Positions 10,237 through 20,801 are shown, counted from the stretch's first letter. The stretch is 64,000 nucleotides of DNA from Thermoanaerobaculia bacterium (GCA_963816185.1 CAWFJJ010000008.1:64001-128000), one strand, 5' to 3'. Notes: generated from the sequence alone by a model not told the origin. Translations and numbers: made by a program.

Positions 10237-12174
10237 TCAGGGCCTGAGGGTGAGGTGCTTGATGAGGATGCGCGAGAGCAGATCGGTCGCGCCTCGCGGG
10301 TACTTTCGCGCGAAGCGCAGGAGACGCTGCGCCTCGGCATCGCCCGGCCTGAGGTCGGTGGCCTCCTTGACGGCGGCGGCGGCCTTCGCCATGTTTCCAG
10401 CCTGGAGGCTCTGCACCGCCGAGTTGTAGTACGCGTTGACGAGGTACTCCTCGACGTCCTGGTTCTTCGCGTCGCCTCTGCGAAGGTCCCAGAGGAGCTT
10501 GATCGCGCTTTCGTAGTCGTTCTCGTTGTACGACTTCGAGGCGTTTCTCAGGGCTTCGACCTGCTCGTGTGCGCGCTGGGTCGCGGCCGCCACCTCGGCG
10601 TCTTGGGGACGGGCCTTGACGACGGGATCCAGGTTCTTCAGAGCGTCTATATACCGGCTCGAAGCCATCGCGGCGAGGCCGGCGGCGCGCATCTCGTCGA
10701 GCTGCGCGGCGCTCGGAGCGGCGGGCCCCGGCGTCGGCGCCGCCGAAGACTTCATCTTCTCGATCCGGAAGAGCGCCTCGTTGTGGCGCGGATCCGAGTC
10801 GGGCAGCTTCGCGAGAACCGCGATCGCGTCGTCGATCTTTCCGGAGTCGAAGAGGACCTGGGCCTTCTGGAACGGATCCTCGGAGGATGCCGTGCGCCCG
10901 CCCGGCGCACCCGCCTTCGAGGAGGGTCCGCCCGCAGTCGCGGGGCCCGCGGCGGACTTCCCGCGCAGGAAAAAGTACGCGCCGCCTGCGACGATCGCGA
11001 GAAGAACGGCCGCCGCCGCAAGGAGCATGCGCACGTCGATCCGGCCCTTGCCTCCGGGCCGGGCGGCCTTCTCGCCGCCCGGCGCCGCGGGCTCGAGGCC
11101 GGGGCTGCTCGCGTCCGCCTTGAGACTGCGCCCGATGCCAGAGTCGTCTGCGAACGAGGGAGGCGTCGGCGCCTCGATCTCGTGCTTCATGAAATCGGAA
11201 TCGCCGGCGCTCGCGGAGACGGGTGCGGGGCCCTGGGCGGACGCGAGGGCCGCCTCGATCTGGTTGAGATAGCCGCGGGCCGTGGCGTCGTGCTCGGAGA
11301 CAGCGAGAACGTCGAGGAACTTGTTCCGGGCGCCCGCGAGGTCGCCTTTTTCGTACTGGGTCACTCCCTCGGTGAGGAGCAGGTCGATCCTGCGCGCCGC
11401 CTCCGCCTGCGACTCGCGCGCCGCGTCGATACGGCGGCTCGCCTCCTCGTTCGAGAGGTCGATGAGGAAAACCCGGGACCAGAGGTCGATGGCTTCCTGC
11501 GCGTTGCCGCGTGCGAGGGCCTCGTCCCCCTGTTTGAGAAACTGCGTGATACGCGGATCGGCCTGGACGCCGGATGCGGGGCGAGGCGCGGCCGCGGCAG
11601 GCGCGGGCTGCGCGGGCGGCGACCCCGAGGGCGGGGAAGCGAGCGGAGGCGCCGACTCAGGAGCCGGAATCGCGCCCACGGCGCCCGGGCCACCGGGGGG
11701 CATGCTCATGCGCAGGTCGTCGAGACCGCCGAACGGGTTGCCGGCTGGAGGTGGCGAAGGCGCGCGCACGGGCTCGGACCGCGGAGCCTCCCCACCCCCC
11801 TCGTCGCCGAAAACGAGGTCGTCGAGCCCGCTCGCGGACGGCGCCGACGGAGGGACAGGAGAGGCTGGGCCGCCCGGGAATGCGTCAGGCAGCTCGTGGG
11901 CCGGTTCCGGAAGCGCCTCGCCCGCGCTCTCGACGCCGAGGTAGTCGGCGAATCTCTCGACGTTGACCGGCGTGCCCGGCGCGACGCCGCGCAGCGCCTC
12001 GAGAAGGCTGCGCGCGGGCGCGAAGCGCGCGTCCATCTTGAGCAGGAAATCGCAGCCGAGGAGAGCCTCCTCGTTCTTGCCCTCCTGCGCGAGCACGAGC
12101 GTGTGCCGAAAGGTGTGGAGGACCTTCTCCCGCGCCTCGGGGGCGAGGGCCGGGCTCCCGGCATAGGAACTCAT
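10237..12174 (-). CDS. TPR-containing single-pass membrane protein
   Basis: TPR-like helices on both sides of one TM segment, with Pro/Ala-rich linkers. Confidence 0.75.
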   Translation of the reverse strand: MSSYAGSPALAPEAREKVLHTFRHTLVLAQEGKNEEALLGCDFLLKMDARFAPARSLLEALRGVAPGTPVNVERFADYLGVESAGEALPEPAHELPDAFPGGPASPVPPSAPSASGLDDLVFGDEGGGEAPRSEPVRAPSPPPAGNPFGGLDDLRMSMPPGGPGAVGAIPAPESAPPLASPPSGSPPAQPAPAAAAPRPASGVQADPRITQFLKQGDEALARGNAQEAIDLWSRVFLIDLSNEEASRRIDAARESQAEAARRIDLLLTEGVTQYEKGDLAGARNKFLDVLAVSEHDATARGYLNQIEAALASAQGPAPVSASAGDSDFMKHEIEAPTPPSFADDSGIGRSLKADASSPGLEPAAPGGEKAARPGGKGRIDVRMLLAAAAVLLAIVAGGAYFFLRGKSAAGPATAGGPSSKAGAPGGRTASSEDPFQKAQVLFDSGKIDDAIAVLAKLPDSDPRHNEALFRIEKMKSSAAPTPGPAAPSAAQLDEMRAAGLAAMASSRYIDALKNLDPVVKARPQDAEVAAATQRAHEQVEALRNASKSYNENDYESAIKLLWDLRRGDAKNQDVEEYLVNAYYNSAVQSLQAGNMAKAAAAVKEATDLRPGDAEAQRLLRFARKYPRGATDLLSRILIKHLTLRP

Positions 12175-12243
12175 CGGATCGAATGCTAGCAAGAACGGCG
12201 CGGCGCGGCTCGCCGTCGGATACGATCGCCCGAAGGAGGGGTG

Positions 12244-13152
12244 ATGGCCGCATTGATCGAGTGCATCCCGAACGTGAGCGAGGGGCGCCGGCAGGATGTC
12301 GTATCGGCTCTGGCGGGTGCTGCGGTTGCGGCCGGTGAAGGGGTCGTCCTTCTCGATCGCACCTCGGACGCAGACCACAACCGCTCGGTCCTCACGTTCC
12401 TCGGGGACGGGGACGCGCTCGTGGCGGCGATGACGGCGCTCGTGGGCGCCGCTCTCGAGGCGATCGATCTCAGGACGCACAGGGGCGCCCACCCGCGCAT
12501 CGGAGCCGTGGACGTGATTCCGTTCGTGCCGCTGCGAGGCGCCACGGCGGCCGGCTGCGTGGCCCTCGCGAAGACCCTTGGAAAGGGGCTCGCCGACCGC
12601 TACGGCCTGCCCGTCTACCTCTATGAGGATGCGGCGACCTCGCCGGACCGCCAGAACCTCGCGAACATCCGCAAGGGAGAGTTCGAGGGCCTCGCGGCGA
12701 AGATGGCGGATCCGGCGTGGATCCCCGACTTCGGCCCCCGGGCTCCGCACCCCTCGGGCGGCGCGACCGTCGTGGGCGCCCGCGCCCCGCTCGTCGCGTA
12801 CAACATCAACCTCGCGACGCCGGATCTCGCGATCGCCGACCGCATCGCGAAGGCCATTCGCCACCTTTCCGGCGGCTATCGCTTCGTGAAGGCGATGGGC
12901 GTGAAGCTCGACGCGCGCGGCCAGGTGCAGGTCTCGATCAACATGACGAACTTCGAGAAGACCCCGCTCCACCGCGTCTTCGAGACCGTGAAATCCGAGG
13001 CCTCCCGCCACGGCGTCGCGGTCGTGGGCTCGGAGATCGTCGGGCTCGTGCCGCAGGCGGCGCTCCTCGCAGCGGCGGAGCACTACCTGAGACTCGAGGC
13101 CGACCCCGGGCCCCAGGTGCTCGAGAACAAGCTGCTCGAAAGGCTCTCATGA
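12244..13152 (+). CDS. ftcD: Glutamate formimidoyltransferase (stand-alone FT domain)
   Basis: IECIPNVSEGRR, DADHNRSV, HPRIGAVDVIPF, QVSINM; about 300 aa, no cyclodeaminase domain. Confidence 0.93.
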   Translation: MAALIECIPNVSEGRRQDVVSALAGAAVAAGEGVVLLDRTSDADHNRSVLTFLGDGDALVAAMTALVGAALEAIDLRTHRGAHPRIGAVDVIPFVPLRGATAAGCVALAKTLGKGLADRYGLPVYLYEDAATSPDRQNLANIRKGEFEGLAAKMADPAWIPDFGPRAPHPSGGATVVGARAPLVAYNINLATPDLAIADRIAKAIRHLSGGYRFVKAMGVKLDARGQVQVSINMTNFEKTPLHRVFETVKSEASRHGVAVVGSEIVGLVPQAALLAAAEHYLRLEADPGPQVLENKLLERLS

Positions 13153-14570
13153 AGAACGCCCGTCTCGCCCTCGCGGCGGCGCTGCTCTGCGCCGCGGCTC
13201 TCGCTTTCTCTGCGGCCAGTCCCGAAGCCCCCTCCGATCTCCGCGTCACGCTCGAGCGTCTCGTGCGCGCGGCCAGTGAGACGAACGGCGCGTACGACAC
13301 GACCCGGAGCCTCACGGACGACGTCGGCCCGCGGCTTTCCGGCTCGCCGGGCGGCGCGCGCGCGGTCGCGTGGGCCGAGACCGCGCTGAAGGCGCAGGGC
13401 TTCTCGAACGTCCATTCCGAAGCCGTGACGGTGCCGCATTGGGAGCGCGGCGAAGAGAGCGGCGAGATCGTCTCGCCCGCGCCGTTCCGGCTGTCCCTGT
13501 GCGCGCTCGGCGGCAGCGTGGGAACGCCCGCCGGCGGGGTCGAGGGCGAGGTCGTCGAGGCGCCGTCGCTCGAGGGAGTGGACGCGCTCGGCGAGAAGGC
13601 GAAGGGCAAGATCGTCTTCGTCTGGAAGGTCATGGAGCGCCGCTCGGACGGCTCGGGCTACGGCGCGACCGTTCCGATTCGCGGAGGCGCCGCCTCGCAT
13701 GCCGCGAAGCTGGGCGCCGTGGGCGCCCTCATCCGCTCCGTGGGGACGTCGAACGCACGCCTTCCGCACACGGGCTCGCTGCGCTACGAAGAGGGAGTCC
13801 CGAAGATTCCGGCCGCGGCCCTGGCGAATCCCGACGCGGATCTCATTCACCGTCTCCTCGCCGACGGGAAGACCGTGCGCGTGCATTTCGCGCTCGGCGC
13901 CCGGACGCTTCCCGACGCGACGTCCGCGAACGTGCTCGGCGAGATTCCGGGCCGCGAGAAGCGGGGCGAGATCGTCGTCCTCTCAGGCCACCTCGATTCG
14001 TGGGACCTCGGACAGGGCGCCGTGGACGACGCGGCGGGTCTCGGCATCGCGATCGAGGCCGCGCGCCTCATCGCGCAGCTCCCGAAACGGCCGCGCCGCA
14101 CGCTTCGAGTGGTCGCGTTCGCGAACGAGGAGAACGGCCTCGCGGGCGCACGCGCCTACGCGAAGGCGCACGCGGCCGAGCTTCCTTTCCACGTCGCCGC
14201 GATCGAGTGCGACAGCGGCGCGGGACGCGTGTCCGGATTCGAATGGACCGCCGGCCCCTCGGCGGAGGGCGTGCTCGCGAACGTCGCGGAGATCCTGAAA
14301 CCCTTCGGCGTCGGGGGCATCAAGAAGGGCGGCGGGGGCGCCGACGTGGGCGCGCTGCGCGCCGCCGGCGTGCCGCTCTTCTCGCCGATCCAGGACGTCG
14401 CGCGGTACTTCGACATCCACCATTCGGCCGACGACACGTTCGACAAGATCGACCGCGAGGAGCTGAACACCGGAGTCGCGGCGATCACGGCTCTCGCGTA
14501 CGCGCTCGCCGAATCCCCGACGCCTCTCGAGCGCATCCCGGAGGCCGAGCGCGTGCGACGTGAGCGCTGA
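13149..14570 (+). CDS. Secreted M28 metallopeptidase (carboxypeptidase Q-like)
   Basis: Signal peptide, GPRLSGS, GHLDSWDLGQGAVDD, NEENG, HHSADDT; ATGA overlap with ftcD. Confidence 0.9.
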   Translation: MKNARLALAAALLCAAALAFSAASPEAPSDLRVTLERLVRAASETNGAYDTTRSLTDDVGPRLSGSPGGARAVAWAETALKAQGFSNVHSEAVTVPHWERGEESGEIVSPAPFRLSLCALGGSVGTPAGGVEGEVVEAPSLEGVDALGEKAKGKIVFVWKVMERRSDGSGYGATVPIRGGAASHAAKLGAVGALIRSVGTSNARLPHTGSLRYEEGVPKIPAAALANPDADLIHRLLADGKTVRVHFALGARTLPDATSANVLGEIPGREKRGEIVVLSGHLDSWDLGQGAVDDAAGLGIAIEAARLIAQLPKRPRRTLRVVAFANEENGLAGARAYAKAHAAELPFHVAAIECDSGAGRVSGFEWTAGPSAEGVLANVAEILKPFGVGGIKKGGGGADVGALRAAGVPLFSPIQDVARYFDIHHSADDTFDKIDREELNTGVAAITALAYALAESPTPLERIPEAERVRRER

Positions 14571-14578
14571 AGAGGCCG

Positions 14579-14675
14579 AAGGATGCCGCCTACAAGGCGG
14601 CAGCGCGCGAGCCGTGGCGGCGGCGGCTTGCTTCCGAATGGTCCGTGAACCGAGGTCGAGGATTGGCCCGCGTGA
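14579..14675 (+). pseudogene. C-terminal remnant of a MazE-like antitoxin
   Basis: Reads KDAAYKAAAREPWRRRLASEWSV/TEVEDWPA* with one indel; stop overlaps the toxin GTG (GTGA). Confidence 0.5.
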
Positions 14676-14869
14676 AACGCGCGCCACGTCGCGGTGACGT
14701 CTATTGGGTCGCCCTCGACCCGACGCTCGGGACGGAGATCCGGAAGACGCGACCGGCGGTCGTCATCTCGAACGATTCCTGCAACCGCTACGGTTCGCGT
14801 GTGGGTATCAGGATTGGCCGGCGAGAGAGGCGAGCCACGTAGAAACGACGTCTATTGGATCGCACAAGA
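14659..14869 (+). repeat. Degenerate 60-bp direct repeat (14659-14718 and 14810-14869)
   Basis: Ungapped manual alignment, 46/60 identical. Confidence 0.85.
14672..14803 (+). pseudogene. mazF: Truncated PemK/MazF toxin (N-terminal 44 codons)
   Basis: RRGDVYWVALDPTLGTEIRKTRPAVVISND signature, then homology ends abruptly. Confidence 0.85.
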
Positions 14870-17175
14870 GCGCACCGGCAGGGGATCGTGCATCGAGACT
14901 TGAAGCCGGGCAACGTGATGCTGACGAAGTCGGGCGTGAAGCTCCTCGACTTCGGTCTGGCCAAGGCGATGACGCCGGCGGGAAGCCCGCAGCTGACGTC
15001 TCTTCCGACGCAGGCGATACGCCGGTGACGCAGGCGGGGACGGTTCTGGGGACGTTCCAGTACATGTCGCCGGAGCAGCTGGAGGGAAAGGAAGCCGACG
15101 CGCGCAGCGACATCTTCGCGTTCGGCGCGGTGCTCTATGAGATGGCGACGGGAAAGAAGGCTTTTTCCGGGGCGAGCCAGGCCTCGCTGATCTCGGCGAT
15201 CATGAGGGAGGATCCCGAAACCGATTTCGGCGGTGGAACCGATGACGCCGCCGGCGCTCGATCGAGTCGTCAAGACGCTGTCTGGCGAAGGATCCGGAAG
15301 AGCGCTGGCAGTCGGCGGGAGATGTGCGGAAGGAGCTGAAGTGGATCGCGCAGGGCGGACTCGCAAGCGGGATCTCCCGCGACCGCCGTCGCCCGGCGCA
15401 AAGGCCGGGAGAAGATGGCGTGGGGTATCGCAGCCATCGCGCTGCTCGTGGCGATCGCTCTTGGAATCGGCTACGCGCGGCGGGCGCCGAAACCGTTGCG
15501 CCTGCTTCGATCGACGATCGAGCTTCCGGCGGGCTTGCAGATCGATCGATCGGAGTCCTCGCTCGAGCTCTCGCCCGATGGCCGCTTGTTGGCTCTGGCC
15601 GCACCGGGCGCCGACGGAAAGCAGCCGATGTACCTGCGATCCCTCGATGGCACGGCGATGCAACCTCTCGCCGGAACTGACGGAGCGACGTACCCCTTCT
15701 GGTCTCCGGACGGGAAGTCGATCGCGTTCTTCGCGAACGGAAAGCTCAAGAGGATCGGAAGCAACGGGCGGAGCGATCCAGACGATTTGCGACGCGCCGC
15801 AGGGCCGGGGCGGCACATGGGGGCCAGACGGCACGATCGTCTTCGCGCCGACTCTTTTCGGTCCGCTCTGGCGGGTCTCTGCCTCCGGCGGCTCTCCCAT
15901 CGAGGCGGAGGCGGCGATCGGAGCCGGTGAGAGCCACCGCCTCCCGCATTTCCTGCCCGATGGAAGGAACGTCCTCTTCTTGGCGACAGGGCCATCCCGG
16001 CCGCAGGAGCACGGGATCTACGCCCTCGACCTCGCGACGAAGAAGGTCCGGCTCGTCGCTCACGGGTACAGTGAAGGGCGCTTCGTGGCGCCGGGCTATC
16101 TCGCGTTCGTGCGCGAGAGGAACCTGATGGTCCAACGCTTCGACCCCGACAGCCTCCGTCTTTCCGGTGAGGCCGTGCCGGTCGCGGAGAAGCAGCGGTT
16201 CAAACCGCTTCGTCGGAAACGCGGAGTATTCCTTTGCCGGCCCGGACCTTCTCCTGTACCGGGCCGAGGCCCCTCCGCCGCGAAGCCAGCTCACCTGGTT
16301 CGATCTCGAGGGCAGGCAGCTTTCGAAGGTCGGAGATCCCGCGACGTTCTCCTCCATCTCTCTGGCGCCTGATGGGAAGCGTGCCATCGTCGGGACCGAC
16401 GAGCCGGGGGAAGCCGAGCGTTGGAGGATCGATCTCGCGACGCGGCGTTCGCAGCCGGTTCGCACTCGGCGTCCGCGTAGTGGGGTAACAGCAAGAGCCG
16501 TCTGGTCGCCGGACGGCCGACATGTGATCTTCGCCGCTCTCGGCCGGAGGTGCTACGGACACGACCCTGCAGCTCGAGGACGCCGACGGAGGCTCTCCCG
16601 GGAAGAACGTCCTGACGGGTCAAGGCATCGCGCGACGCTGCGAGCTGGTCGCCCGATGGGCAGGTGGTCGCGTTCTTCACGCAGACCGAGGCGACCAGGA
16701 GCTACGACATCGGCATTCTTCCCATGACGGGCGACCGCAAGCCGCGGTTTCTCGTCGCCGGTCCCGCCGACGAGAATGGCGGGACGTTCTCGCCCGACGG
16801 CCGGTGGCTCGCGTACTTCTCCAACGAGTCAGGGCAGTGGGAGGACTACGTCGTTCCCTATCCGGGCCCGGGCGGGAAATGGCAAATCTCCTCGGGTGGA
16901 AACGGCGGACCCTTCTGCTTCTGGAACGGAAATGGCCAGCTCATCATCCTTTCGCATGACCGAAAGGTGCTCGCCGTCGATCTGACGGCGCGCGGCGGGA
17001 GCCTCGAAGTCGGGGCCTCGCATCGAATCTTCGGCGACACCGCGATGCCGGACGTTCGCTCTCGACTTTTCGCCCGCTCTCCAGCGATTCCTCATCGCGG
17101 TCCCGGTCGAAGAGCAGAAACCAGCCCCGATCACGCTGGTGACCAACTGGACGGCAGCTGCTGAAGAAGGAATGA
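14870..17175 (+). pseudogene. Ser/Thr protein kinase with TM and TolB/PD40 beta-propeller, 5'-truncated and multiply frameshifted
   Basis: [41 protein letters not shown]; WSPDG/FSPDG repeats; ends ITLVTNW; N-lobe (Gly loop, VAIK) missing. Confidence 0.85.
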
Positions 17176-17183
17176 GTCCGCTC

Positions 17184-18587
17184 CTATTCCCCGTCCAGGC
17201 CGAGCGCCTTCATCTTGCGGTGGAGCGTCGTGCGGTCGAGGCCGAGGCGCTCGGCTGCGCGCGACACGTTCCCTTTCGTCTCCGCGAGGATGCGCGAGAG
17301 GTAGCGCCTCTCGAACGCCTCGCGCGCGTCGGCGAGCGTCGCGTGCGCGGGAGTCTCGTCCGAGACCGGGCGGGACGGGCCGCGCCCGGCAGCGGCGCCG
17401 TCCTCGGGCGGGAGGTCCGCGGCCCGGACGACGGGCCCCGTCGACATGAGGAGGACGCGTTCGACGAGGTTCTGCAGCTCGCGCACGTTGCCCGGCCATC
17501 GCCGCTTCGCGAGGGCCTCGAGCGCCTCCTTTTCGAACGCCTTCGGGCGTCGCCCGCGCCGGCGCGCGAGGCTCTCGCCGAAGTGCGCCACGAGGAGGGG
17601 AATGTCCTCGGGCCGCTCGGACAGCGGCGGCACGCGCAGCGGGACGACGGCCAGCCGGAAATAGAGATCTTCGCGGAACGTCCCCGCGCGGATCATCGCG
17701 GGCAGGTCCCGATTCGTCGCGGCGACGATGCGCACGTCCGTCACCAGAGTCTTCGCGCCGCCGACGCGCGTGATGCGCCCGTCCTGGATCGCGCGCAGGA
17801 TCTTGGCCTGCGTGCGCGGCGACATGTCGCCGATCTCGTCGAGGAAAAGCGTGCCGCCGTCGGCCTGCTCCCACTTCCCCTTGCGGTCGTCGATCGCGCC
17901 CGTGAACGAGCCCTTCACGTGTCCGAAAAGCTCGCTTTCGATGAGCTCTTCCGGAATCGCCGCACCGTTGACCTCGATGAAGGGGCCCTCGGCGCGCGGC
18001 GACGCACGGTGGAGCGCGCGCGCGACGAGCTCCTTGCCCACACCGCTCTCCCCCATGATGAGGACGCGCGCTTCCGAAGCTCCGGCACGTTGGATCTCGT
18101 CGAGAAGATGCGTCATCGCGGGGCCGCTGCCGAGGAGCGTCTCTCTGGCCGCATCGTCCGTGCGGCTCATGAGCTCGAGCCTCAAGTCGTCGCGCTCGCG
18201 CGCGAGGCGGTACCGCTCGAGCGCCTTGTCCAGCGTCAGGAGGACGCGCTCGAGGGCCAGAGGCTTCTCGAGAAAATCGTCCGCGCCGCGCTTGACGGCC
18301 TGCACGGCCGTGTCCACCGTACCGTGCCCGGAGATCATGACGACCGGGATCGCGAGACCGGCGGCCCGCAGCCGGTCGAGCACGGCGAGGCCGTCGAGGT
18401 CCGGCAGCCAGACGTCGAGGAAGATGGCCTCGGGCCGCTGACCTTCGTCGCCGAAGGCGCGTGTGAGAGCCTCCTGCCCGAGGCCGACCGCGTCCACGGT
18501 GTAGCCCTCGTCGGCGAGGATCTGCGAGAGGGTCTTGCGGATACCCGGCTCGTCGTCGCACACGAGGACCCGGGGACCGTTCGTCAT
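17184..18587 (-). CDS. ntrX: Sigma-54-dependent response regulator (NtrX/NtrC family)
   Basis: Receiver domain, GESGVGKE, ESELFGHVKGSFTGA, WPGNVREL, Fis-type HTH. Confidence 0.9.
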   Translation of the reverse strand: MTNGPRVLVCDDEPGIRKTLSQILADEGYTVDAVGLGQEALTRAFGDEGQRPEAIFLDVWLPDLDGLAVLDRLRAAGLAIPVVMISGHGTVDTAVQAVKRGADDFLEKPLALERVLLTLDKALERYRLARERDDLRLELMSRTDDAARETLLGSGPAMTHLLDEIQRAGASEARVLIMGESGVGKELVARALHRASPRAEGPFIEVNGAAIPEELIESELFGHVKGSFTGAIDDRKGKWEQADGGTLFLDEIGDMSPRTQAKILRAIQDGRITRVGGAKTLVTDVRIVAATNRDLPAMIRAGTFREDLYFRLAVVPLRVPPLSERPEDIPLLVAHFGESLARRRGRRPKAFEKEALEALAKRRWPGNVRELQNLVERVLLMSTGPVVRAADLPPEDGAAAGRGPSRPVSDETPAHATLADAREAFERRYLSRILAETKGNVSRAAERLGLDRTTLHRKMKALGLDGE

Positions 18588-18629
18588 GCGGTCCTCGCGC
18601 GCATGCGGGCGCTCATGGGCGTGCGGCGC

Positions 18630-20801
18630 TCACGCGGCCGGCCATTCGAGGAGGAAGCGGCATCCGTGAGGGACATTCTCCTCCACGCGAACGCGCCCCG
18701 CGTGCTCGGCGGCGATGCGCGCGACGATCGCGAGGCCGAGGCCCGAGCCCCGCGCCTTCGTCGAATAGGCCGGGTCGAAGACGCGCTCGCGCTCCGCTTC
18801 GGGGATGCCGGCCCCGTCGTCCTCGACGGCGAGCCGCGCGCGTCCGCCCTCCACGCCCGCCGCGATCCGCACGTGGCCGCCGCCCGGAGTCGCCGCCACC
18901 GCGTTATCCACGAGGTTGATGAGGGCGCGCTTCACCTGCTCCGCGTCGGCGTTGACGAGCGGCAGAGTTTCCGGGACGTCGGCCGTCACCGTCACGCCCC
19001 TCTTCACGTTCGCGTAGAGCTTCGTGACCTGCTGGACGACCGCGCCGAGATCCGTCGGGGCGAGGTCCGCGGCCGGCAGGCGGGCGAAGCGCCCGAACGT
19101 GTCGACGAGAGAGGCGAGCGTCGTGACCTCCTCGATGATCGTGGAAGCGCCCTCGCGCACGACGGAGGCGAGACCGTCGGGATCGGCGTCCTTTCCGAGA
19201 GCGCGCCTTCGCATGCGCTCGGCCGCGAGACGGATCGGCGTGAGCGGGTTCTTGATCTCGTGCGCCATGCGGCGCGCGGCCTGCTCCCACGCCGCGGCGC
19301 GCTCGGCCGCGACGAGCGCGGTCGTATCCTCGAGCGTCACGACCCAGGCCCCCGCGTCGGCAACCCCGGCGGGAACACGGGTCACGCGGGCCTCGAGCAC
19401 GCGGGGTCCGATCTTCAGCGTCGCTTCGCGCGGGGCGGCGGCCGAACGGGCGCGCGACAGGAACTCGGCCAGCGGCGCGAGGGCCTCGGACGCGAGAAGG
19501 TCCTGCGCCCGGGGGAAGCGGGCGTTCTCGTCGTGGCCGAGCAGGCGCCGCGCGGTCTCGTTCAGGAAATACAGCGTGTCGTCGTCGCCGAACGCGACGA
19601 CGCCGGCGTCGAGCCGCGCGAGAATCGTCCGCACACGGCGCCGCTCCTCGTCGACGCGCTCGTTCGTCGCGGCGAGCTCGGCGTTCGCGGCGACGAGCTC
19701 GGTCCGGCTCTTGCGCAGCTCGGACGTCATCGCGTTGAAGGCGCGGGAAAGCGCGGAGATCTCGTCGCCCCCCTCCACCTCGACGAGCGCATCGAAATCG
19801 CCCGCGCCGACGCGTCGCGCCGAGGCGGCGAGCGCCGCGATCGGGCGCGTCACGCGGCGCGCGAGGAGGAGCCCGACCCACACAGCCGCGAGGAGAACGA
19901 GGAACGCGAGGAGGAGGAAGAACAGCACCTGGACGGCCTCGAGCTGGGCGCGCTCGGCCTTCAACATCGCGTATGCCGAGGTCGCGAGCGAGAGCTGGCG
20001 CAGCGGCTCGGCCTCGGCGGGCGGATCGAACGTGCCGACGACGAGAAGTCCGGACGGGAGGGCGACGACCGTGCGTCCGGCCTGCCCTCCGTCGCGCGTG
20101 GGCTCGAGGCGCCGCGAGAAGCCCCGCCCCTTCGCGTCCGCCAGCCAGTCGGCGCCGGGATCGTTCACGTCGCGCAGCGGCCACCTCGGGGCGCTCACGG
20201 CGACCGGCGGACGGCCGGGGCGTCTCCACTCGATGAGATCGACGCCGGACTCTTCGCGCGCGGCCGACAGCAGCGCGACGAGGCCGCTGTCGGAAACCGC
20301 CGCGAGCCGGGGTGCGAGGCGCTCGGCCGTGCGGCGCTCGAGGGCCGCTGACCGCGCGCGGACGAGGTCGGCGACCTCCCGCCCGGCGCGCACCGTCTCC
20401 TCGACCGGCGGCGCGAACCAGCGCTCGACGCTCTTCTGCAGGAGGCCGGTGGTGGGCAGGACGAGGAGCGCGATCGGCAACAGCGCGAGGCCCACGTACG
20501 ACGCGACCACGCGCACGCGGAAGCGCGATCCGAAGACGCCGCGGCGTGACTCGACGACGAGCTTCGCCGTGCTCCTCACGAGCACGAAGACGAGCGCGAG
20601 GATGAGGACGACGACGATGTAGAAGAGGACGAAGAGAAGGACGCGGTTCGTCGCGGCGACGGGCGCGAGGTTGCGCGTCCTGAGGACGAGCGCGTAACCG
20701 CCGGCGAGGGCCGCACCGAGAACGAGCGCGATCGCGACGAGGATCCGGTTGTCCCGCGCCCAGCGCCTCCCCGGCGCAACCGGCGGAGACGAGTCGGTCA
20801 G
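18630..20801 (-). CDS. ntrY: NtrY-like sensor histidine kinase (TM, HAMP, PAS, HisKA, HATPase); start uncertain
   Basis: AWEQAARRMAHEIKNPLTPIRL, NLVDNA, GSGLGL; lies between DUF4390 and ntrX. Confidence 0.88.
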   Translation of the reverse strand: MTDSSPPVAPGRRWARDNRILVAIALVLGAALAGGYALVLRTRNLAPVAATNRVLLFVLFYIVVVLILALVFVLVRSTAKLVVESRRGVFGSRFRVRVVASYVGLALLPIALLVLPTTGLLQKSVERWFAPPVEETVRAGREVADLVRARSAALERRTAERLAPRLAAVSDSGLVALLSAAREESGVDLIEWRRPGRPPVAVSAPRWPLRDVNDPGADWLADAKGRGFSRRLEPTRDGGQAGRTVVALPSGLLVVGTFDPPAEAEPLRQLSLATSAYAMLKAERAQLEAVQVLFFLLLAFLVLLAAVWVGLLLARRVTRPIAALAASARRVGAGDFDALVEVEGGDEISALSRAFNAMTSELRKSRTELVAANAELAATNERVDEERRRVRTILARLDAGVVAFGDDDTLYFLNETARRLLGHDENARFPRAQDLLASEALAPLAEFLSRARSAAAPREATLKIGPRVLEARVTRVPAGVADAGAWVVTLEDTTALVAAERAAAWEQAARRMAHEIKNPLTPIRLAAERMRRRALGKDADPDGLASVVREGASTIIEEVTTLASLVDTFGRFARLPAADLAPTDLGAVVQQVTKLYANVKRGVTVTADVPETLPLVNADAEQVKRALINLVDNAVAATPGGGHVRIAAGVEGGRARLAVEDDGAGIPEAERERVFDPAYSTKARGSGLGLAIVARIAAEHAGRVRVEENVPHGCRFLLEWPAA

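Noticed and set aside
14584-14602. Intrinsic terminator after the M28 peptidase
   Set aside because: A 7-bp stem is present but has no U-tract and lies inside the antitoxin remnant coding sequence, so it was not called.
14659-14869. Functional diversity-generating retroelement (TR/VR pair)
   Set aside because: Four of 14 differences are non-adenine, the target would be the N-terminus of a truncated toxin, and no reverse transcriptase or Avd gene is in the window. Kept only as a flagged oddity.
17139-20351. 1070-aa plus-strand ORF, and other long antisense ORFs such as 9694-12189 and most of 4860-7661
   Set aside because: Shadow ORFs opposite well-supported genes, expected at high GC.
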